A stretch of 46,608 nucleotides of DNA from Deltaproteobacteria bacterium. Lineage in GTDB: Bacteria > Myxococcota > JACRCW01. Below are positions 1-6,638 of the stretch, piece after piece. Position 1 is the stretch's first letter. Each line of letters begins with the position of its first letter. Where the stretch lies: assembly GCA_016218805.1 (NCBI GenBank), contig JACRCW010000023.1, forward strand, positions 1-46,608, in the 5' to 3' direction. Below the pieces are notes generated by a model. The model saw nothing but the letters and a program-made list of their open reading frames with translations. It did no database searches and had not been told where the DNA came from. The position numbers and the translations under genes are program-made.

Positions 1-16
1 GCAGGCAAGCCCATCT

Positions 17-207
17 ACCCGCCCCCCCCTGGGGGGCGGCCCTCTACGACGGAGCGCAGCGACGTCGGCGAGGGGGGTGGGGGGTCCGCTACCACCGTCT
101 TCCCCGGGTGGGACCAACCGTTGGCGGGCCCCCCACCCCCGGCGACTGACGTCGCCGGCCGCCCCCCAAGTGGGGGGCGGGTACGCATGCACGCAGAGCG
201 TGCATGC
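17..207. repeat. Inverted pair of family-1 REP-like units (17-84 on minus, 128-182 on plus) plus an accessory hairpin (185-207)
   Basis: Hairpins CCGCCCCCC-CCT-GGGGGGCGG (19-39), CCGGCGAC-TGAC-GTCGCCGG (139-158), CCGCCCCCCA-AG-TGGGGGGCGG (159-180) and GCATGCACGC-AGA-GCGTGCATGC (185-207). Reverse complements match 12531-12576 and 12611-12697. Confidence 0.85.
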
Positions 208-392
208 AGTCCGGACGTGGCAGTGGTGGAACAGAGCAGCGTGCCTGGTGGCCCATCTTGAGGTGCCGGCGCAGACTTGGATCCGCCTCGCCGTCCGGTG
301 GTTGCCGCGCGTGGCGAGTTTCCCCGCCGCGGCGCCGCCCACGCCTCCGCAGCAACGAGAGCGCATTTCACGGTATTTACCCCGGCACACAA

Positions 393-1703
393 TCAAGCGC
401 TTTCCACCGCCGCGGCCAGCAGCGCCGCGGCCACATCACCGTGTGACACCGCGTCCAGTTCGCCTGCGTCCAGCCACACGCCGCCGCAGGTGGCGCACGC
501 CTCAACGTGGAACCCGCGCCCGGGCACCGGCCAGGCGCCCAGCGGTCCATGGCCGCGCGGGCAGTCGCCCCGGACGGCGTCCAACGGGGCGGCCGCACCC
601 GGCAGCGTCCGCTCCGAATCACCGCGCGTCAGCCGCCTTCCCACCACCCGCTCCACCTCGTGGGCGTCCAGCCAGGCGCCATGGCAGTCCTCACACCGGT
701 CCACAACGATGCCGTTGGCGATCCACTGCCCGCGCAGCCGCCCGCCGCACTTGCCGCACGGCGCACCCTGCCGCGCCCCGCCAGGCGGCGCTTCCTGCGT
801 GGTCACAAACGCGAGGTAATCCGCCAGCAGCGCGGACGGGACGCCGCGCAGCAGGTCCTCCAGCACGCCGGCCAGCTGCCGCCGCGCCTCCGCGGCGGAC
901 GGGCGGTGGGCCGGGTCCGGCGCGCGCAGCGCCAGCGCCGCGTCCGCCAGGGCGCGCGGTACACCGGCGCGGAGGTCACACGGGTGCCGCACCGGACTGC
1001 GCGCCAGTTCCACAGCGACAATCGGGTTGGGCGCGTCGTACGGCTTCTCGCCGCACAACGCTTCGTAGAACAGGTTCCCCAGCGCGTAGACGTCCCACGA
1101 CGGGTGCACCGGCGCGCCCTGCAGTTGCTCCGGCGCCATGTAGGACAGCTTGCCCTTCACCACGCCCGCGTCCGTGAGCTGGTCCTGCAGGCCGGTGGTC
1201 CGCGCCAGGCCAAAGTCCACCACGCGCACCTCACCCCACCGGCCCACAATCACGTTCTCCGGGCTGATGTCACGGTGCACCAGCGGCTCCGCCTCCCCGC
1301 CCGGCCCGCGCAGCGCATGGGCCGCTTCCAGCGCCGCCAGCACTTCGTGGGCAATGAACCCGACGAGGGCGGGCGGCATGGGCAGGCCCAGCATTTCGCC
1401 GCGGCGCAGGATGCGGCGCAGGTCCAGGCCGTCCACCAGTTCCATGGCCAGGTACAGCGTCCGGCCGTCCTCGCCCACGTCCAGCACCGCGGCAATGTTG
1501 GGGTGCAGCAGCCGGGCGCCGGCGCGCGCCTCCCGCAGGAACGCGCCGTCACCGCCAGAAGCGGCGCTGAGGTCCGCGTTCATGCGCTTGAGCGCCACCG
1601 CGCGGGAGAACCCGCCGGGTCCTTCCAGGCGGGCGCGCCACACTTCGCCCATGCCACCGCGCGCCAGCGCCGCTTCCAGGATGTACGGCCCAATCCGCTC
1701 CAT
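393..1703 (-). CDS. Ser/Thr protein kinase (Hanks type) with two C-terminal zf-TFIIB-like zinc ribbons
   Basis: Starts MERIGPY; motifs ARGGMGEV, VALK, HPNI, VHRDISPEN, DFGLA, GKLSYMAPEQ. C-terminus has CGKC...DRCEDCHGAWLDAHE and CPRGH...EACATCGGVWLDAGEL. Confidence 0.9.
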   Translation of the reverse strand: MERIGPYILEAALARGGMGEVWRARLEGPGGFSRAVALKRMNADLSAASGGDGAFLREARAGARLLHPNIAAVLDVGEDGRTLYLAMELVDGLDLRRILRRGEMLGLPMPPALVGFIAHEVLAALEAAHALRGPGGEAEPLVHRDISPENVIVGRWGEVRVVDFGLARTTGLQDQLTDAGVVKGKLSYMAPEQLQGAPVHPSWDVYALGNLFYEALCGEKPYDAPNPIVAVELARSPVRHPCDLRAGVPRALADAALALRAPDPAHRPSAAEARRQLAGVLEDLLRGVPSALLADYLAFVTTQEAPPGGARQGAPCGKCGGRLRGQWIANGIVVDRCEDCHGAWLDAHEVERVVGRRLTRGDSERTLPGAAAPLDAVRGDCPRGHGPLGAWPVPGRGFHVEACATCGGVWLDAGELDAVSHGDVAAALLAAAVESA

Positions 1704-1814
1704 GCCCACGCGCACCTCCGCGCCGCGCAGGGTTTCCCACCCCAGCGCGCGAATCAACGCTCCCGCGGGCCGGGGTCCTGGAAGTAGACTGGGTTCATCA
1801 CCGGGGAGGACGCC

Positions 1815-2351
1815 ATGCGCATGTGGAAGGGGCTGGTTGTTCTGGTTGCGTTGCTGGGTGCGGGTTCCTGCCAGGGGGAAAACGCGCCCATTCCCAACGG
1901 AGACGCCAAGCTGGAAGGGCCGCTGGCCTTTGAGGTGACCAGCGCCTGCTTCAACGTCACCAGTTCGAGGGAAAACCAGGTGGACCTGTTCCACCAGCCG
2001 GACCGCAAGTTCAAGAACCGGTTGGCGCTCAACATGGCGGCCCCGGATGGCAACAAGCTGCGCAGCGGTGACGTCCTGCAGGTGCAGAGCTACCCGGCCG
2101 CGGGCAGCACCTGGGTCATGCTGAGCCGTGCCGTGGAGGCGGGTGACGGCGGTACCGCGGCGGATGCGGGTTCCGCCGCCCGCAGCAATGAAGAGCCGGT
2201 GGCCTACTCCACCACGGGGACCATTGAGCTCACGCACGTGGGGGCGTGGCGCGTGGCTGGGCACTTTGAGGTGACCATGCTGGACGCCTCCCTCACCTTC
2301 ACGGAAACCCGCCTGAGCGGCTGGTTCAACACGCGCCGCTGTCCGTTCTGA
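1815..2351 (+). CDS. Hypothetical lipoprotein
   Basis: GGAGGA RBS before ATG; hydrophobic signal ending LLGAGSC; DGG/DAG linker; GC3-rich codons. Confidence 0.75.
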   Translation: MRMWKGLVVLVALLGAGSCQGENAPIPNGDAKLEGPLAFEVTSACFNVTSSRENQVDLFHQPDRKFKNRLALNMAAPDGNKLRSGDVLQVQSYPAAGSTWVMLSRAVEAGDGGTAADAGSAARSNEEPVAYSTTGTIELTHVGAWRVAGHFEVTMLDASLTFTETRLSGWFNTRRCPF

Positions 2352-2407
2352 CGGCCCGCGCGGGCCCGGGTGGTGGATCCCTGGCGTCTGCCCTATCAAG
2401 CGTGGGC

Positions 2408-3739
2408 ATGGAAACCACCCTGCCGCCGCTGGCCGCCCGCGCAATTGACCAGGTGCATGCCGCCGCGCTGGCCGTGCTGGAGGCCCTGGCTGACACGCGC
2501 GGATCAGCGCGGTGGCAGGAGCTGCGGACCGGGCTGGACGCCATGGAGCGCGCCCTGGGTGCGGGTGATGACGGCCTGGATGAAGAAGAGGAAACCGGGC
2601 CGGCCGGATCGCCCGCGGAGCAGGCCGCGGCGCTGCGGGATGCGCTGGCGTCTTGGGTGTTGCACCCGGTGCTGCTGCAGCGGGCCACTGCGGATGAAGC
2701 GGTATTTGCCATCCGCGCGCCTGCCGGCGCGGATGCGGAGGCGCGGGAGCTGGCCGCCACGTTGGAGGCCATGGACCTGGCCATCGCGGTGCGCCCGCGG
2801 GAGGCGGACGGGTCCGACCTGGTGCTGACGGCGGGCGGCAGGTCCCGCGCGCTGGTGACGTTGTCCGCCGGCCCGCGGCGGTTGGACCTGGTGGTGGACC
2901 TGGCGGCGGCGCGCGGGGCCATGGAGCACCTGGCCCACGTTGTGGAGGCGGCGGCGGACCGGGCGGCGGAGCTGGAGCTGGCGGAGTTCCGCCTCAAGGA
3001 TCTTGCCGGGGTGATTGCGGTGACGCTGGCGGCCCCCGCGGGGCGGTTCCAGGCCAACGTGGACCTGCGCAAGGACCTCCGCGTGGAAGGCGACACGGCG
3101 GACGGTCCGGTCTACCTGCGCGTGGGTGCGGCGTCCCCCCTGCTGCGCGCGGACAATCACGCGGACCGCGGCGAAGGCACCCTGACGCTGGCGCTGGGCG
3201 CGGTGCGCCTGAAGCTGCCGCAGTCCGCGCTGCCCGACCAGGACGGCGGTAACGGTGCGCTGGAGTTGGCGGCCACGGGGCTGCGGGCGGTGCTGCAGGC
3301 GCGTGCGGGCGAGCGCTTCCTGCGGCTGGCCGGGTTCACCCTGGGTGGCGGGGATGCGGTGCTGACGGTGGACGGGGTGCCCATGGCGCTGCTGGGGATC
3401 CGCGGGAGCGGATCCGGCGGAGCGGCGGCGCTGCTGTATCCGGACCGGACGGAGGGCGCCGTGGAGCTGGAACTGGAGACCCCCTGGCAGGTGGCGCTGG
3501 CGTGGGACGGGCAGGCCTACCGGATCCGCTCGCCGGGGGGCGCGGTGCTGCGGCTCAACGCGGATGACCCGGACACGGCGGGACTGGTGACCGTGCTGGC
3601 GGGCGATCTGTCCGTGGCGGCGGACGGCGCCCGCAAGGCGCTGAAGGTGGGGCCCGGCCAGGGGCTCTACGGTCTGGATGAGGATGCCCCGCGTGAGGAC
3701 GAGGAGCACCCGGTGCTGCGGTTGCTGGACGTGCGGTAG
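2408..3739 (+). CDS. Hypothetical protein (helical N-terminal part, beta-rich C-terminal part)
   Basis: Long ORF with typical codon usage, convergent with the ECF gene. No motif recognised. Start may be GTG 2402 or ATG 2408. Confidence 0.7.
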   Translation: METTLPPLAARAIDQVHAAALAVLEALADTRGSARWQELRTGLDAMERALGAGDDGLDEEEETGPAGSPAEQAAALRDALASWVLHPVLLQRATADEAVFAIRAPAGADAEARELAATLEAMDLAIAVRPREADGSDLVLTAGGRSRALVTLSAGPRRLDLVVDLAAARGAMEHLAHVVEAAADRAAELELAEFRLKDLAGVIAVTLAAPAGRFQANVDLRKDLRVEGDTADGPVYLRVGAASPLLRADNHADRGEGTLTLALGAVRLKLPQSALPDQDGGNGALELAATGLRAVLQARAGERFLRLAGFTLGGGDAVLTVDGVPMALLGIRGSGSGGAAALLYPDRTEGAVELELETPWQVALAWDGQAYRIRSPGGAVLRLNADDPDTAGLVTVLAGDLSVAADGARKALKVGPGQGLYGLDEDAPREDEEHPVLRLLDVR

Positions 3740-3740
3740 C

Positions 3741-4580
3741 TCACCCGGCAGGGGCCTGGCTGTCCAGGAAGCCCTGGATGGCGCGGCGCACGCGGGTGAC
3801 TTCGTCAGGCGGGACCTCTGCGGGCTGCATGGCGCACAACCGCAGCGTCTGGCGCAGCGAATCACACTGGGCGCGGCACCGCGGGCACGCATCCATGTGC
3901 GCCTGCATGCTGCGGCACACTTCCCCGTCAATTTCGCCCTCCAGGTGCTGCGAGAACAGGTTGACGACGTCACGGCACGCGGGGGTGGCCTGGGCGCGCG
4001 CGGATTCCCCATCCAGCAGGGGCGCCATGGCGCTGCGCACGGTCACCCGCGCGCGGTGCAGCCGGCTCTTCACCGCCCCCACGTTGGCGCCCGTTACTTC
4101 GGCCACTTCGGCGGCGGACAGGCCCTCCACGTCGCGCAGGACCAGCACTTCGCGGGATTGCGGGTCCAGCCCCGCAATGGCGGTGCGCAGCGCGCGGTCC
4201 AGTTCGCGGGCCTCGGCGCGCTCATCCGGGGGGGTAGCGCGGTCCACCAGCGTGGTGTCATGCGCGGTGCCCGCGTCCAGGGACTCTTCACGTTCCGGGG
4301 CAAACTTGCTTTTGCGGAACTTACGCAGGCACGCGCGCCGGGCAATGGTGTACAGCCACGTGGAGAACTGGCTGTCTCCCTTGAAGTCTCCCAGGTGCCG
4401 CACCACGGCCAGCATGGTGTCCTGCACAACGTCCTGCGCGGTGTCCGGGTTGGAGCACATGCGGGAGCCAAACCGCGCCACCCGCCCCATGTGCCGCGTG
4501 AGCAGCACGTCCAGCGCGGCGCGGTCCCCCGCCTGTGCCGCGGTGATCAACTCCCGGTCCGTCTTCTCTGGCGCCTGCAT
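3741..4580 (-). CDS. ECF sigma-70 factor with fused C-terminal zf-HC2 (ZAS) anti-sigma domain
   Basis: Region 2 motifs DTAQDVVQDT and FSTWLYTIARR; region 4 motifs REVLVLRDVEGLSAAEVA and VKSRLHRAR; then CRDVVNLFSQHLEGEI...AHMDACPRC (HxxxCxxC). Confidence 0.9.
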   Translation of the reverse strand: MQAPEKTDRELITAAQAGDRAALDVLLTRHMGRVARFGSRMCSNPDTAQDVVQDTMLAVVRHLGDFKGDSQFSTWLYTIARRACLRKFRKSKFAPEREESLDAGTAHDTTLVDRATPPDERAEARELDRALRTAIAGLDPQSREVLVLRDVEGLSAAEVAEVTGANVGAVKSRLHRARVTVRSAMAPLLDGESARAQATPACRDVVNLFSQHLEGEIDGEVCRSMQAHMDACPRCRAQCDSLRQTLRLCAMQPAEVPPDEVTRVRRAIQGFLDSQAPAG

Positions 4581-4689
4581 GCCCGCCCATCTATGCCCGC
4601 CGGGTGGTGCCGACAACCCGCGCCCGCGAATCCCCGCCGCGTTGGCGGGCTCACAACCCTGCAACCCACACCGCTTGGAGCAGACGTCC

Positions 4690-5082
4690 ATGACCCTTCC
4701 CGGATTCCAGAAAACCCTCAAGAACTGCACCCTTGCAGAGGCCAAGCCGCGTGTGACGGAGGCGCTCAAGGCGGAGGGCTTTGGCGTGCTCACGGAGATC
4801 GACGTCCAGGCGACGCTGAAGGAGAAGATCAAGGCCGATATCCGGCCCTACGTGATCCTGGGCGCGTGCAACCCGCCGTTTGCGCTCAAAGCGGTCACCA
4901 TGCACCCGTTGGCGGGCCTGATGATGCCCTGCAACGTGGTCCTGTACGCAGAAGGCTCGGACACGGTGGTCACTGCGGTGGATCCGTCGCTGGGCGCCGT
5001 GGTCACGCAGGGCGGGCCGGAGATCCGTGCGTTGGCCGGTGAAGTTGGCGCCAAGCTGAGCAAGGTCGTCAACGGGCTGTGA
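4690..5082 (+). CDS. DUF302 family protein
   Basis: EALKAEGFGVLTEIDVQATLKEK, YVILGACNP, GLMMPCNVVL; GGAG RBS. Confidence 0.9.
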   Translation: MTLPGFQKTLKNCTLAEAKPRVTEALKAEGFGVLTEIDVQATLKEKIKADIRPYVILGACNPPFALKAVTMHPLAGLMMPCNVVLYAEGSDTVVTAVDPSLGAVVTQGGPEIRALAGEVGAKLSKVVNGL

Positions 5083-5168
5083 TCCGCGGTGCTGCGCACG
5101 CGTGGGGTGGCTAGCTTGCCGCTCGTCGAGACGCCGGCGGCGCGTCCGCCCGCGACGAGGGGAGCGCC

Positions 5169-5531
5169 ATGGTCACCGCACGCTACGTCCTTCTCACCTC
5201 CACGACGGCCCTGGCCGCGGTGCTCTCCTGCGGGGCGGGTCCACCGGACGTGCCCACCCACGTCCACGCCGAGTTTGACGGTGCGCGGGTGACGGTGTCC
5301 TGGGACCAGGCGCGTTTTGCGGAGACGTATGACGTGTGCCGCCGCATGGAGGGCTACTTCTCCACGCGCGGAGATTGCGTCGTTTTGGGCGTGGGCGACG
5401 ACGTGCGTGATCCGTCCGTGTCCTACTGGGAAGGGGGCGCCACGGGCACCACGTTTTCGTACCGCGTGCGCGCGTCCAACGCGCAGGGCACCAGCGCCTG
5501 GAGTGAGTACTCCAACCGCGTGGTGCACTGA
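5169..5531 (+). CDS. Small fibronectin type III domain lipoprotein
   Basis: Lipobox-like AVLSC; FN3 hallmarks VTVSW and YRVRASNAQGTSAWS; GGGAG RBS. Confidence 0.75.
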   Translation: MVTARYVLLTSTTALAAVLSCGAGPPDVPTHVHAEFDGARVTVSWDQARFAETYDVCRRMEGYFSTRGDCVVLGVGDDVRDPSVSYWEGGATGTTFSYRVRASNAQGTSAWSEYSNRVVH

Positions 5532-5538
5532 CCCGGCG

Positions 5539-5563
5539 AGGTGTCTCATTAGATGAGACACCT
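5539..5563. promoter_or_regulatory. Perfect 11-bp inverted repeat (operator or terminator)
   Basis: AGGTGTCTCAT-TAG-ATGAGACACCT; unusually AT-rich for this genome; 7 bp after the FN3 stop. Confidence 0.5.
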
Positions 5564-5734
5564 TCTGTGTTTGCACACCGGGCACGCCTGCCAACGTTGC
5601 GTGGCGAGCACCCCTTTCCCAAGCCCCCCGGCAGCATGCCGGCGCTTGACCCGGTGTTGCACCGCCTTGTCTGCGCGCCCCCGTTCAACCTAGCGTTTGC
5701 GGCCTCGTCGCCATGTCGGCGCCTGGAGCGACCC

Positions 5735-6514
5735 ATGACCACCATCGGCAGCAAGACCCGCGGTGCCATCGGCAAGGCCCTCACCAATGACCCCGCCGCC
5801 ATTGTCGACGCCAAGGATGCACGCAAGATAGTTGAGACGGCCCTGCAGGAGATCAAGGAGGCGGAGGATCCCCGCAAGGCGTTTGACAAGACGCTGCCCG
5901 CCGTCCTCACCGCCCGGAAGTTCCTGGGTGAGACCAACGCGGGCACCGCGGCACGCGTGCTGTCCAGCTTTGAGAAGCGCGGCAAGAGCGCCGTGGACGT
6001 GCGCCTCCAGCAGCTTGCCGGCGGTGCCACCCAGCTGCCCACCGCGGCCACTGACGCCTTCAAGCAGATGATGAAGGACCAGGCGCTTGCCAGCGGAAAC
6101 GTGACCCTCAAGGAGGTCACGGGCAGCGCGCGGGACGGCTACGCGTTTTCCTACACCGCGGGTGGGAAGACGCGGGAGGCGCACGCCCTCAAGGCGGGCG
6201 ACGAGTGGTTCTTCTCGCCGCAGAAGGTCACCAAGGAGGACCTGCAGACCGTCACCCGGGCCTTCCAGAAGTACTTTGATGAGGAGTGGGCACCCGAGCT
6301 TCGCGACAACGGCTCCACCGCCGCCGAAGTCCGCCGCATGCGCACCGAGTTCACCCCGCAGCGCACCATGTTCCCCGGCGAGTCCGACCCGTCCAACTAC
6401 GCCGCCGATTGGCCGCTGGTCTTTTCGCTGAACAATCCCACCGGGTCCGACCACGGCTGCTACGTCGCCTTCAACCCGGCCGACAAGACCACGGAGTGCT
6501 ACACGTTCAACTGA
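5735..6514 (+). CDS. Hypothetical protein
   Basis: GGAG RBS then MTTIGSKTRG; strong GC3 bias; Lys/Glu-rich; no motif recognised. Confidence 0.8.
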   Translation: MTTIGSKTRGAIGKALTNDPAAIVDAKDARKIVETALQEIKEAEDPRKAFDKTLPAVLTARKFLGETNAGTAARVLSSFEKRGKSAVDVRLQQLAGGATQLPTAATDAFKQMMKDQALASGNVTLKEVTGSARDGYAFSYTAGGKTREAHALKAGDEWFFSPQKVTKEDLQTVTRAFQKYFDEEWAPELRDNGSTAAEVRRMRTEFTPQRTMFPGESDPSNYAADWPLVFSLNNPTGSDHGCYVAFNPADKTTECYTFN

Positions 6515-6638
6515 CGACGGCCGGCCGGGCCCCCTGGGGCCGCGCGTGCATGGGCCCGGATGCGTTCACACTTTCGGCGCCTTTTGGACTAGGGTGCGCC
6601 CTCCCCTCCCCGTCCCGGGGAAGGCCGCGCCCAGGACC

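Noticed and set aside
1704..2444. N-terminal extension of the kinase ORF in the track (683 aa)
   Set aside because: It overlaps the opposite-strand lipoprotein gene, which has a good RBS; the kinase domain starts at ATG 1703.
4654..4690. ECF promoter (AAC...CGTC) for the DUF302 gene
   Set aside because: The spacing is 19 bp and the putative -10 abuts the start codon.
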